A DNA stretch of 64,000 nt, taken from positions 310,001 through 374,000 of the forward strand of contig NW_026515635.1 in assembly GCF_000738915.1 (NCBI RefSeq), given 5' to 3'. Both the position numbers and the translations under genes were made by a program. The notes under the pieces are model-generated. The model ran no database searches, was not told where the DNA came from, and was given only the letters and a program-made list of their open reading frames with translations. Below are positions 51,061 through 61,792 of this stretch, piece after piece. Numbering within the stretch: the stretch's first letter is position 1; each line of letters begins with the position of its first letter. This stretch comes from Nematocida ausubeli (lineage: Eukaryota).

Positions 51061-53075
51061 TGCGGTTGGAAGATTTCTACAAAAATTTTTTCATGAAGTA
51101 GGCCATACTCCTCTGCCGTATAATAAATAAGTAGAATAATATATGCGAATTTCTTTAGGAAAAACGACAGAAAAATTGAGACTTTGTCTTCAAAGTATTC
51201 TCGGCCCTCAGCAGGAATCGACTGGAAGTGCCTTCCATTGTTCCGAATGAGTCTCAGAAGGTCTCGAAGGACCTTTGTGTTGTAATAGTACTTCCCGTTT
51301 CGTGTCAGGTGGTTTAAAAGGTCTATGTCTATGTACACATCCCAGTTGGACATGTCTGCTGTGATGGTGAGGCCAATTTTGCTTGTCTCCAGAACCAGCA
51401 TGGCTGGGTGGTCAAACACAAAATCACTGAAAAGAGAAAGAAACTCCAGAGACTGCGTGTGCGTCCAGAATATTGGATGTGGAACTGGTGACTGCACTGT
51501 TGTATTTGTGCATAATGTGGCCATCCAGTCAAACAGCTCTATTCTATATTTGCTGTTTGCATCCATGATAAACTTTGGGTACTTCCTATAGTCATACAGA
51601 AGAATATCCGGCAGTGCTTCAGAAAACTCTTTCTGGTGGTAGTTTCCTGCACAGCACTCATTCCACTTACTGGTAACATAGATATTGTAGCATAGCCTAC
51701 TAAGCGCAAAATAGTCTGCAGCGATGCATCTTTCCATCGTATTTTCCTCTAGCACTTCTTCTTCATGAGCTTTCTCTAACTTACTATTCTGTGCTGTTTT
51801 TTCGAATTTCCATGTTTCCTGGACGACAGCCATTTTAGCAACTCCCAAAAGAAGAAGGGTATTGGATGGTGTGATGAAGATATTGTGCATGGTTAGGTCT
51901 ATCTGCCCAATGCCCCTTCTATGCAAATCACCCATATACCTGTGCAGATTGAATATTAAATCTGTTAGGTCTAGCGTGTTTTTTACAAGCTCGCACAAAG
52001 GCTGCATATCCCTTGGATATACCATAAAAAAGTGCTCACGTGTCTCCTCTGCGTACAAGCATGTACTCTGAATTTCATTCAAAAGTGCAATATTCCGGTG
52101 TTCATCTCTCTCCTCTTTCCTGCTTTTTCTGAATATCCTTACAAGCACTTTCTTCGTTCCAAATAGCATGCCAGGATGCAGTTTGTCGTGCGGCCTGGGG
52201 CCCTTAAATATCGTAATTGACTTGTCTCTATGCCCGAAGATCCGGATACCCACAGGAATCACCAGGAAGAGCCCACCAATGAAGAGACAGAAGCAGAGCA
52301 CCCAGTTTAAAGCAATATTAATAAATGTCTTGTGCACTTCGGCTATTTCTGATATGCTTACTTTTGAGAAGTAGTACATATTGTCTATCTCCTTCAGTAG
52401 GTATATATGCGTGTTATATTTGCACTGCAGATCTTCCAGTGCCTTTATGTGCAGAGAGCTTCTGGTTACCACAGTTGCATTCAGAATGGTTGTAAGTTCT
52501 CTGTCTATATACTCCAGCATGCCGTTCTTTTTAAAGACCTTTGTTACAGTCTCATTATACACGCATACAATTACCCCAACACATGATCTAATATATTCAA
52601 CACCAATTCGTTTCTCCTTGGAGGCAACTATTCCTCCAGGCACTATTATTGCAGAATTTGCAGTCCTTGTAGGTGCAGCACAGGGAACAATATCTGTGTT
52701 GCCTTGTCTCTCCTGTATAGTGTAGATATTTGTGCTCTTCTGGACACCTAGACTCTCCAGATGCACATTGCTGTACATAGACGGATCAATAGCTGCATTT
52801 TGCAAGTGATTGCTTGATGTGTTCAGACCACTTGCTTCTTCATTACCAGAGGATTCTCTGTGCGCCTGCATGTTTGTAATTCTATTGTGCACAGTGCTAA
52901 ACCTATGGAGAGGCATGGCAATTTTCTCAATTACTTTGCGCGCACTCAGGCTATATACTGCCAGCTGCCCATCTGCTTCAAACACAGCTACGTCCTCCAG
53001 AAGTACACTCCTTTGAATCTCTACTCCAGATAGACACTTTCCAGCAAAGTATAAAACTATGAACAAACGCAGCAT
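51057..53075 (-). CDS. IRE1: Ire1-like ER transmembrane kinase-fold/KEN RNase
   Basis: Signal peptide, luminal domain, TM helix, kinase-fold remnant, HPIFW..SLEFL..FSD, KEN motif RDLLRLIRNNGRHF. Confidence 0.78.
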   Translation of the reverse strand: MLRLFIVLYFAGKCLSGVEIQRSVLLEDVAVFEADGQLAVYSLSARKVIEKIAMPLHRFSTVHNRITNMQAHRESSGNEEASGLNTSSNHLQNAAIDPSMYSNVHLESLGVQKSTNIYTIQERQGNTDIVPCAAPTRTANSAIIVPGGIVASKEKRIGVEYIRSCVGVIVCVYNETVTKVFKKNGMLEYIDRELTTILNATVVTRSSLHIKALEDLQCKYNTHIYLLKEIDNMYYFSKVSISEIAEVHKTFINIALNWVLCFCLFIGGLFLVIPVGIRIFGHRDKSITIFKGPRPHDKLHPGMLFGTKKVLVRIFRKSRKEERDEHRNIALLNEIQSTCLYAEETREHFFMVYPRDMQPLCELVKNTLDLTDLIFNLHRYMGDLHRRGIGQIDLTMHNIFITPSNTLLLLGVAKMAVVQETWKFEKTAQNSKLEKAHEEEVLEENTMERCIAADYFALSRLCYNIYVTSKWNECCAGNYHQKEFSEALPDILLYDYRKYPKFIMDANSKYRIELFDWMATLCTNTTVQSPVPHPIFWTHTQSLEFLSLFSDFVFDHPAMLVLETSKIGLTITADMSNWDVYIDIDLLNHLTRNGKYYYNTKVLRDLLRLIRNNGRHFQSIPAEGREYFEDKVSIFLSFFLKKFAYIILLIYYTAEEYGLLHEKIFVEIFQPQ

Positions 53076-53086
53076 AAATATTTTTA

Positions 53087-53905
53087 ATGAATGCTCTTGA
53101 GAGAATATCCCAAATAATCAACAAGTTGCATGAGGAGAAGGCCTCTGTTGGCGCAGAAATAGAAGAGTATTTGCACGCAGCAAGCGAACAGATAATCAAG
53201 GACGAGAAAACAAAAAAACTCAGCCAATACCTAGTCATTTCTGAGTACATAGAGGCAGAAATAACTACGCCCCCGCCTCCATTCGAAAAACTATCTGCAC
53301 AAGAAAAGGCGCAGGTTGTGCAGCTACTAAATAAAAGGCTTGCACAAGTAAATAACACACAGGAGAAAACTCAGCTCATTGCAAGCCTTGTTTTAGAGTA
53401 TATTCAACAAAGCATCCCTCCCACAAAGGTAGACTCGTTTATAGTTCTGTTCCTGAAGAGAGTCATTGAGCAAATAAAAGCACAGGTCTCAACAAACAAA
53501 GAATCAGCCCTGGGGTATGCATATTTAATCATATGGCTCTCCCAGAAAATACCAAATCTCCTAAGAAAGTACAAGTACACAATGTTTACAAGCGCACTCC
53601 CGCTGGACTGTCTTCTAGGGATGTACAGAGTGTACTTTACCATACTTAAGCAGATGGGTGAAATGGAAGATGCCTGGTCCTTCATACACTCCCTTCTCAA
53701 GTACACAGAGGACATAGGAAACACATTCAATCCATGTGTTCTTGCAGTGTTCCTGGATGTGCTGCAGGACCCAATGAGATGCACATATCGGGAAAAGTGG
53801 ATGGAAATGGAGGCGTATATACAAAATGTGTATATCCCTGCCGTAGACCCGTCCAGGTATAAGACAGAGATGCAGCAAATATCTGACTATCTAAAGAAGA
53901 AGTAG
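53087..53905 (+). CDS. GLE1: Gle1-like mRNA export factor
   Basis: KRVIEQIKAQVSTNKESALGYA, LLGMYRVY, AWSFIHSLL and VLAVFLD...TY match the Gle1 C-terminal domain pattern. Confidence 0.6.
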   Translation: MNALERISQIINKLHEEKASVGAEIEEYLHAASEQIIKDEKTKKLSQYLVISEYIEAEITTPPPPFEKLSAQEKAQVVQLLNKRLAQVNNTQEKTQLIASLVLEYIQQSIPPTKVDSFIVLFLKRVIEQIKAQVSTNKESALGYAYLIIWLSQKIPNLLRKYKYTMFTSALPLDCLLGMYRVYFTILKQMGEMEDAWSFIHSLLKYTEDIGNTFNPCVLAVFLDVLQDPMRCTYREKWMEMEAYIQNVYIPAVDPSRYKTEMQQISDYLKKK

Positions 53906-54392
53906 ACATACTTCATACACGCCAGAATTTAAAATAGATTACACACGAAGTCCGCAGTACACAAAACCAATCTGCAGGCACACTTTCCCAGAGTGCACAC
54001 TAGCACTAGAATATATTCGCAGTATATATTCGTATACCTAGAACTGCTTCCATTAGGATATCTGTCTATTAATATATAAACATGCCTAATACGCATAAGA
54101 ACACTAGCATGTACTCTAGTGAATTTTCTCAAAGAAATAGAAACCAAATAACCCGAATTTCAGAAATAAATCATGGAGTGCACAGTGTGCTCTTCTTTCA
54201 AATGGTCTTTACTACGCCATATCCCACTCAGTGCTTCATGCATACCCATATACTTCTGGTACTTTCATTTTAATTCAGTTAAACTTTTTGTGCCCTGCAA
54301 ATATTAAAGGACACAATATATGAATTCTTTACAGTGCTCGTGCTATAGTATAAAGTGTCTTCTTGGTTATTTAATCAGTGTTAATTTATTTC

Positions 54393-54596
54393 TTATCTTC
54401 TACTCACCTTGAGGTCTCTTTCGGCTTCTAATAAATAGACATGGTCTCCCTTTCTTACTGGGCCTTCCATTACTCTAGTCAATGACCTCTTGGTAGATAC
54501 AATCATAACTTTAACTACCTGGCAGCCACCTCCTGGCCCTGTTCTTTGCATTACTTCTGTTACTTGTGCCAATACTGGTTCTGATATTGCCTCCAT
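54393..54596 (-). CDS. RPS28: 40S ribosomal protein eS28
   Basis: LAQVTEVMQRTGPGG, VKV, RVMEGPVRKGD..LLEAERD. Confidence 0.93.
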   Translation of the reverse strand: MEAISEPVLAQVTEVMQRTGPGGGCQVVKVMIVSTKRSLTRVMEGPVRKGDHVYLLEAERDLKVSRR

Positions 54597-54650
54597 GAAT
54601 TAACCAGGCTAAAAAATAAAATATTTAAGAAACGAAAAATTCTTGCAAAA

Positions 54651-55460
54651 ATGGGCATTGGGCAGGAGATAATTTCAGAGCTGCTGAATGATAAAGGATA
54701 CTTTCAGAAACTAGACAGGAATTCGTATGAAATTGAGAAGATAGAAGAGCAGCTACGGGGCGGCATGATGCCCTCCATTTTCAAGCTGCATTCTAAAGAG
54801 TCCGTTGTTGCTCCGCAGAGTGCAGAAGAGTACATGAAAATACTTTCTCTTGTGGACATAAAGCAGGCCCAAGTAAAAGTGATAAAAGAAATTGTGGAGA
54901 GAGTCATGGGGTACCCCATAAACTACTATGCGGTGAAAAGAAAGGTAACCGAAGCACTGCGGGAGAGAAGCATGGAGTACATTCGGAAGAACAAGAAGCT
55001 TGAAGCATCACTTTTCAAAGCGCATGTTTTGGTTATATCCCGGTGCTGCAGAGCATACTTTGACGAGATTATTATGCCGCTCTGCAAGGAAGGCATGACA
55101 AGCACTGTTGCACTGATTATTAGCAGAGTGATTATGAGATGCACCTCAGAGAAGAGCCACATGGAGGAGTTGCTTCGGAAGGTTATGCAATTAGAGAAGT
55201 CTCACTCTGTCTATACCCTTCTTACTGCAATTCTTATCAAGAAGATACAATTTGGCCAGAGGGTAATTGATGAAGTGCATGAGTATGTGCTTCAGGAATC
55301 TGCAGGTGCTGAAGGCCCTAGGTTCCTGGCGTGGAACAAGGTGGTTCTTGTATTTTTGCGAAACTACAAGACCAAAATCAACCAGTCTGCTCTTAGAGAA
55401 ATATACTCTCAGGCAGAGTCACCAATAGAAGTAGAAATATTAAAGGAGTTGAGCGAATAA
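54651..55460 (+). CDS. ENP1: Bystin/Enp1 (pre-40S factor), reduced
   Basis: YFDEIIMPLC, ALIISRVI, ILIKK...RVIDEV, LAWNKVVLVFLRNYK and EILKEL match the bystin C-terminal domain. Confidence 0.72.
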   Translation: MGIGQEIISELLNDKGYFQKLDRNSYEIEKIEEQLRGGMMPSIFKLHSKESVVAPQSAEEYMKILSLVDIKQAQVKVIKEIVERVMGYPINYYAVKRKVTEALRERSMEYIRKNKKLEASLFKAHVLVISRCCRAYFDEIIMPLCKEGMTSTVALIISRVIMRCTSEKSHMEELLRKVMQLEKSHSVYTLLTAILIKKIQFGQRVIDEVHEYVLQESAGAEGPRFLAWNKVVLVFLRNYKTKINQSALREIYSQAESPIEVEILKELSE

Positions 55461-55709
55461 GGAGCGAGTTATTCGGGTTATATACGGATATAAGTTATGC
55501 ATCCTTACATATGCACACCAAATAAACGAATTATATTGTCACACTCTTTCAGAGGCGAATAAGCCTGGCTTGTATATGCAGGGCTGGCACTTGTTTGAAG
55601 ATTATGTAAATACCATGCGGCAGTCAAGTTCTTAATTATTCTATATTTCTTGCTGGTGTTTTCTGATGCTTTTTGCGTATACTAGAAAAAATTTACTGTT
55701 AAACTGCAT

Positions 55710-56102
55710 ATGATCGAAGAAACAGTTGAAACATACAAATCATTATTATGTAGTAAAGCAGAATATGTCTGGGGAGAAATCAAAGCATTCTTAACTGCAA
55801 GACTAACTATATGCATTTCTGTAGGTATAGGTATGGTATTAATATGCGGTCTGATTATTTTTCTGATGTTCAAAGTGACAAGTGTGTGTATTCACCGACA
55901 TAATAGAAACCGGCGTGGGTGTATTTGTTTTAAACGGAATGCACCCAGAAGGAAAAATGCAACAAATCAACCAGTGGATATTTCATTACTAGATATGAAG
56001 CTGATTAATGAGAGACATGCTCTTTTACAGAATAGGGACTATTATCAATATGAAACAGCTTCTATAATTGAAGGCAGGTGTTTAAATATAGTGGATTACT
56101 AG
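55710..56102 (+). CDS. Small single-TM hypothetical protein
   Basis: 130 aa; hydrophobic ICISVGIGMVLICGLIIFLMF followed by a basic/Cys segment. Confidence 0.55.
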   Translation: MIEETVETYKSLLCSKAEYVWGEIKAFLTARLTICISVGIGMVLICGLIIFLMFKVTSVCIHRHNRNRRGCICFKRNAPRRKNATNQPVDISLLDMKLINERHALLQNRDYYQYETASIIEGRCLNIVDY

Positions 56103-57405
56103 AAAAGTCTATTCAAAGCTCGTTTGTCTTTGGCTATTTTCAAACAGAAGTCCTTTTGCGCATGGTACACACTTCTTGGTTTATAAATCCTTCTGGATTA
56201 TTTATGCACAAGAAATTCCATGGCCATAAAGAACGTAGTTGAAATACTTTCATAATAGATATATGAATGAAATAAAGAATATTTAAGCATATGTCTAGTT
56301 TCCTTCTGCATAGTATCCAAGCTAATTGGTGCTTTACATGTATTCTGAGTCTGAATTACTGTGTATACACATAGCTAACATTTCTATATCATTATACTTA
56401 GTGGAAATTATGCAATCCAGCTGTGCATTCGTGTGTAAATAGGTTCTATTGTATTTTATAGGGAATATACAGCTTTTCTATCTAGTATTGCATATTTATA
56501 GTATTTCTATACTTTTTAAAAGCATTCATATAATGATTATTTCTGAAGAGTTTTATTTATATATTCTATGTAGGCAATTAGTATTAGTAAAGAAGAAATA
56601 GGCATATAAAGGGTTTAAGCATGGAAAAAAGCAGTAATAAAACCAGAACACTAAAGAAAACCACATATTATTCTGAAATCTAGATTACTTAAGAAGTTTC
56701 ATAAAAGGATGCTTTAGGAATAGTACAGTGCAGATTTAAATAGAAACACCATCACAAACTGTTTATTCGTATTACTAAGCACACAGAACCCGACTAAACT
56801 TGTATATTCTGAAAAATTAAACCGAAAGGTAAAGTACACCAGAAGTGCTCTGCACAAACATACAGTCTCATGAAAAAAAATGTTATTAAAATAGAAATCA
56901 CTTTACCAGAAAGAGTATTTGAGTCTTTAGTCTATAAATGCTTTATTTATGCTGCTTTAATTTCTATTTTGTGCATGTGTGCATGTATGTTGCTGCAGGT
57001 TCTTGAGTCTAGTTATTATTCTACAAGAACAAAGAGTTTTTCTTTATTCTTTTCTGTATCCCCATAACACATAGGCTATGTAGTTTATTCTCTAGGCATT
57101 ATAATATATGTTGCCATTAAGAGGTTCTATGCATAGATATTTATCTGAAGGATTCTTTCCAGAGATGCTCTGAAAATCTCACAATTCATGAAGCCATACT
57201 TATTACTGCACCTTCATTTTCATGTGTTTCTACCATAACCACCTTGTACTATATGTATACATCCAAAATGCATTTTAGTCTGGCATGGCTTTATTTTTAC
57301 AGACATTTCTGCCATAAGAGTTATATACGAATGAACAGAAGAAAGACGCAGTCACCCTTCAAACAGAAAAGTACTCATGCAAAGTACAAATCAGTACGTA
57401 TTCCA

Positions 57406-57729
57406 CTAATCAATGAATATAATGTGCTCAGACTTTGGCATATCCATACTAACCTTCTTCTCTTCGATTTCTTCTGCAGGCATATCTTTTTCATACTGCT
57501 TATCCTTTCGTATTAGACGCACACCACTTCTCTTATAGTTGTACATAAAATGATTAAATTCATCTGGATTTGCATTGGCAGCCTTCTTTTTAATTTGCTG
57601 TATCTTTTCTTCCCGGTCTTTTTCCAGCTTGCTTCTTTTTAAAAAGTGTCTGTTTTTCTCTAAGACCCCCAAAGACCGTCTTTCTGCCAGCTGGCCTCGC
57701 TCTTTATAGTGAGTTTCTCTTTTTTTCAT
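57406..57729 (-). CDS. UTP11: U3 snoRNP/SSU processome protein Utp11 (short)
   Basis: HYKERGQLAERRSLGVLEK, KKAANANPDEFNHFM, HIIF. Confidence 0.85.
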   Translation of the reverse strand: MKKRETHYKERGQLAERRSLGVLEKNRHFLKRSKLEKDREEKIQQIKKKAANANPDEFNHFMYNYKRSGVRLIRKDKQYEKDMPAEEIEEKKVSMDMPKSEHIIFID

Positions 57730-57751
57730 AAAAATTCAGCAAAAAAAATAT

Positions 57752-59002
57752 ATGAAATGTAATAAATGCCAGAATCGAATTAGCTTGCAGGACAGTATAA
57801 AAAGCAAAATAGAATTGCTAGGGGAGGAGGACATTTTCATGTTCTGTGAAGACTGCAGGATTTGCTATATATGCTACACCCAAACAGAAGAGCCCACGGA
57901 GTGCTGCAAAATGTGCGGATATTCATACCACACTCATCATTTTCCAGAAACCGAAACTGCACAGAGGGATGGAGATGCAGCTGAGGAAGATAAAAGCAGA
58001 TGCAAGAAGTGTGCAGACTTGTACAGCGAAATTGGGTTTGGCAGTCTGCTTGGCCCAGAAATACCTGCATTAGAGCGGAATTATGAAGAAATTGATAAAG
58101 AGCAGATAAGAAAAATCACAGAGATTGTTAAAAAGAACCGGCCAGGGAAAAACACAGAGGGCATACAAAAAGTGTTTCTGGGAGAGGTAGAGATGCGTCC
58201 TCTTTTTTCGTCTCCATACCCAGAGGAGTACGTAAAGTACCCAACCCTGCATATATGCAGAAAGTGCATGGAATACTTTTCCACCAAGTACTCTCTTGAG
58301 AGGCACCAGACAAAGTGCAAGATGCAATATCCACCAGGAAGGCTTCTTTATTTAGACAGCGAGTACATTGGGGTGTTTGAGATTGAAGGAGACAAGGAGT
58401 CAAGATACTGCCAGAGTCTGTGCCTTTTGGCGAAAATGTTTCTGGATCATAAAACACTGTACTATGACGTAGAGTCATTTTTGTTCTACATCATAGGGGA
58501 GATAAAAGATGAAGAATTTATTGTGCAAGGATACTTTTCAAAAGAGAGAGGAGAAGGAAGGAACAACTTGTCCTGCATTGTTGTGTTTCCCCCGTATAGA
58601 AAGCTGGGGATAGGGTCATTTTTAATTGACTATAGCTACTATTTAACAAAAAGCACAGCATCTCTGCCGTACACAGCAGGCCCAGAGCAGCCTCTTTCTG
58701 CAGAGGGAGAGCGGGCATATTTCTCATATTGGGTGAATGCGATTCTTCGATACATTGCTGACAAAAAGAACTTCAAACCAGAAGATGCATGCTTTGAAAA
58801 AGTGTCAGAGCACACGGGCGTGTCAAAGGAAAACATCCGGTGGGCATACAAACAGCTTGTAAAGAAATTTGGCAAGGAGCTGACATACCAAGACTTCATA
58901 GCAAACAGAGACATAGCTAAAAAGTCAAGAAGAATTAAAAAAGGTGCAGCTGTCCAAAAGAGTGTAGAAAGCAAAGATGAGAATCCAGAGGAGTCAGAAT
59001 AA
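57752..59002 (+). CDS. MYST histone acetyltransferase with N-terminal PHD-like Cys cluster
   Basis: FSSPYPEEY, C2HC finger, YCQSLCLLAKMFLDHKTLYYDVE, GYFSKE, NNLSCI, GPEQPLS. Confidence 0.92.
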   Translation: MKCNKCQNRISLQDSIKSKIELLGEEDIFMFCEDCRICYICYTQTEEPTECCKMCGYSYHTHHFPETETAQRDGDAAEEDKSRCKKCADLYSEIGFGSLLGPEIPALERNYEEIDKEQIRKITEIVKKNRPGKNTEGIQKVFLGEVEMRPLFSSPYPEEYVKYPTLHICRKCMEYFSTKYSLERHQTKCKMQYPPGRLLYLDSEYIGVFEIEGDKESRYCQSLCLLAKMFLDHKTLYYDVESFLFYIIGEIKDEEFIVQGYFSKERGEGRNNLSCIVVFPPYRKLGIGSFLIDYSYYLTKSTASLPYTAGPEQPLSAEGERAYFSYWVNAILRYIADKKNFKPEDACFEKVSEHTGVSKENIRWAYKQLVKKFGKELTYQDFIANRDIAKKSRRIKKGAAVQKSVESKDENPEESE

Positions 59003-59417
59003 ATAACAAAAATACACAGACATGCAAATATCCTGCACTTAATACCTTAATACAGGGATAGTGCTTGCTTTACTTCTTATTGCCAAACAGAACAAGAAAG
59101 ACAAAGCAAAAGGAAAGCATAGAAGCTTACTACTCAATTAGAAGAGTTTTGGTTAGTATTATTATGCATTTGCATATTAACAAATATCTTTCAAGCGCAA
59201 AAAAATAAAAGTCCATACAGGCACGTGCCTGGAGCATAATAAATACAACAGCAGTTTACTATTATAAAGATACACCCAGTAGAATAAATTATTCTATGGA
59301 AGACAGCCTACTTTGCAGAAATTCTATAGAAAGTGTAAATATTCTTCAACTAGTCTGAGTGTACCCCCAATATAGCCCGAATAGCATGCAATTGCAGAGT
59401 GCAGGAAATATCATTTA

Positions 59418-61166
59418 TTAACTATTCCCACAGCCTTTACTTGAGGCTGTTGGGTTCACGCTAAAGATCTTTGCTATAGCCAAATAGTTGTTCCATCTGT
59501 TAGTGGCTGCAGAGTTTGGGCTGCCTTGGCACTCAATTGCCCCGTTGATGGCTTTGGTTGTCTCTCCAAAGTTGCTCAAAGGAGACTTAGATGTCATTAC
59601 TTTTGTGTTCCAGTACCAAATACTTACAGCTGCTGCTATAGACTTGTCTGTTGCCACTTGGTCTGGATTTGTGTAGAGTCTGTCATCTTTGTAGATGGCT
59701 TTACTGGCATCTTGGTAATTAGCAGGCCATGTGAGCTGGATATATCCTCTGCCGTAGTAGTGCTTTCCTGGGGAGCCAGCCACAGGACCACTTGATTTAT
59801 CTGCATTATCATAGTTTGTGCACGGCGTACTTACGCATGCCTGCTCTACTAGTGCCGTTAGACCTGCAGACTCGTGGTAAATCTGTGCTAAAAACATGCT
59901 TTTCTCGTTACTATCCCAGCTAGTCTTGTTTATTTGCGAAATAAGTTCATTAACAAAGTCTTGGTTTGGACTGCCAGAATACCCACATGCTGAAAGCGTC
60001 TTTTTCACAAGATCTGCAGTTAGGGTGGTAGACCCTGTGCCAGGACTGCCACTTGGTGAAGGAGAGGCTGATTTCGTTCCTGTGCTGCTGGAAGAAGATG
60101 CAGGCTTACTCGAAGATGCAGGCTTGCTTGAAGATGCAGGTTTGCCGGAAGGCGCAGGCTTACTTGAAGAAGATTTTGTTCCTTTGCTGCCTGAAGAGGC
60201 TGCTGGCTTGCTGGGTGCTCCAGAAGATGGTTTGCTTGTTTTACCAGATTTTCCTGCAGATGCAGCTTGTGTTGATACTGTCTCTGCCCCAATAGAACCT
60301 GATAGTTCTGGGTTTGCAGGTGAAACAGGCGGTGCACCTTGCTTGTTTAAATTCCCTGTGTCTGTGCCCATTGATATCCTGCTAAATTCACCAGGTGTTA
60401 CTTGCGGTGTACTTGGGCTTTCAGTTGGCTTTGCAGATGGTATTTTAAAGTCAATATTTCCCGTGCCATTGTCTTTATACTCGATTATTATGTTATTTCC
60501 ATCCTGCGTGATTATTTGTGGGAGTGATGGCTCAGGAGCAGAAATCGACTGTGGTGTCTGTGGATTCAGACTGTTATTATTGTGAGGCAGTGCAGGGTAG
60601 CTCCAAGTGTTTGTAGTGCTACTTGCTTGGGGAGTGTATGAAGTGGTCGTGGGAGTTGAATTTCCTTGCGTTTTATCCTGGCCCCATGCTATGTCATACG
60701 TGCTGGGCTTCTTCTGGTCGGGTGTCTGTCCATCCATGGGAGTGTTTTGTTTGTTATTTGTGCTGAGATTTGTTTGGTCCTGTGGTGATGCAGATGGCTC
60801 TGGGGTTGATATTTGAACTGATTTATTAGAGGAAGGGCTTGGGCCTGTTTGAGCAGCAGGCATGGGATCTGATGTAGGGTGTTTTATTGTGACAGTTGGG
60901 CTAATATTTCCTGGAAGAGTTATCGTTACTGTGCTTATTTTAATAGCACGCTCGTCCGGTACACATTCCACATTTCCATTGGAGCTTTCGCATTTGTATC
61001 CAGGGCTGCATGGGAAAGTGCTCCATGTATTGTCGTGTTTCTGGAGATAAACATTATTTCCTTCGCACTTTGCGCTTTTGAACAGAGAGTCAATGTTCAG
61101 TATTTTTTGGCCTGCAATGCTGCAAATACTAATTACTACCGTGCTTACAGTGCGGAGTATTTTCAT
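59418..61166 (-). CDS. Secreted GH19 chitinase with Cys-rich N-terminus and S/T/P linker
   Basis: Signal peptide; FLAQIYHESAGL, YYGRGYIQLTWPANY, AVSIWYW, FGETTKAINGAIEC. Confidence 0.92.
   Translation of the reverse strand: MKILRTVSTVVISICSIAGQKILNIDSLFKSAKCEGNNVYLQKHDNTWSTFPCSPGYKCESSNGNVECVPDERAIKISTVTITLPGNISPTVTIKHPTSDPMPAAQTGPSPSSNKSVQISTPEPSASPQDQTNLSTNNKQNTPMDGQTPDQKKPSTYDIAWGQDKTQGNSTPTTTSYTPQASSTTNTWSYPALPHNNNSLNPQTPQSISAPEPSLPQIITQDGNNIIIEYKDNGTGNIDFKIPSAKPTESPSTPQVTPGEFSRISMGTDTGNLNKQGAPPVSPANPELSGSIGAETVSTQAASAGKSGKTSKPSSGAPSKPAASSGSKGTKSSSSKPAPSGKPASSSKPASSSKPASSSSSTGTKSASPSPSGSPGTGSTTLTADLVKKTLSACGYSGSPNQDFVNELISQINKTSWDSNEKSMFLAQIYHESAGLTALVEQACVSTPCTNYDNADKSSGPVAGSPGKHYYGRGYIQLTWPANYQDASKAIYKDDRLYTNPDQVATDKSIAAAVSIWYWNTKVMTSKSPLSNFGETTKAINGAIECQGSPNSAATNRWNNYLAIAKIFSVNPTASSKGCGNS
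60091..60171 (-). repeat. 18-bp coding repeats (SSKPAS-like) in the chitinase linker
   Basis: gaagatgcagg recurs at 18-bp spacing. Confidence 0.75.
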
Positions 61167-61300
61167 AAATTCAAAACAACTTAGTTCTTAATAACACACG
61201 AAGGAAATGCTGTTTCAAATGAAAATGTGAAACCAGTGCGCCCAATGGATTTTTCTTTTGAACAGCATGGAATTTACAGCGAAAATTAAATTGAAGAACA

Positions 61301-61792
61301 ATGGGAGTACACAGAGATGAAATTATTGAAAAAAGTGGAAGTGCCCTTCGGATACTAGACAAAGAGACAGAGTATCTTATTGAAAGGCTGAAGAACAGTG
61401 CAGAGCAGATTGTAACAGACAAAACTCTGAAAGAGCTGGTTCTTCTGAGAATGCTTCTTGAAGACAACAAAGATGCAATAGAAAAGGAAGAGTACTACAG
61501 AATAGAGGCAAATTTAGAGAACAGAAAAAAGATAAAGGAGAATAGGGAGTACCAGATCATCCAGGCAAAAAAAAGCACAGGAATTCTTATGGAGGAAACA
61601 GCAGATGGAAATATCTGTCTAATAACACAGAAGGAAATAGAAGAAAAGGTAGAGGCACCGTGCGGGCATGTATTTGACAAGAAGGGCCTGCTGTTCTTAT
61701 ATAAAAGTGTATCAAAGAAAAATAAGTTTCAGTGCCCGTATGTAGGATGCAAAAGTGACTGGCACAAGCTAAAGTATAAACCAACAGAGTAA
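61301..61792 (+). CDS. SP-RING SUMO ligase Nse2/Mms21-like
   Basis: CLITQ...PCGHVFD...CPYVGC after a coiled coil. Confidence 0.75.
   Translation: MGVHRDEIIEKSGSALRILDKETEYLIERLKNSAEQIVTDKTLKELVLLRMLLEDNKDAIEKEEYYRIEANLENRKKIKENREYQIIQAKKSTGILMEETADGNICLITQKEIEEKVEAPCGHVFDKKGLLFLYKSVSKKNKFQCPYVGCKSDWHKLKYKPTE

Noticed and set aside
59896..60585. 229-aa + strand ORF with LLEDAG repeats, and similar antisense ORFs elsewhere
   Set aside because: Antisense shadows of well-supported genes on the other strand.
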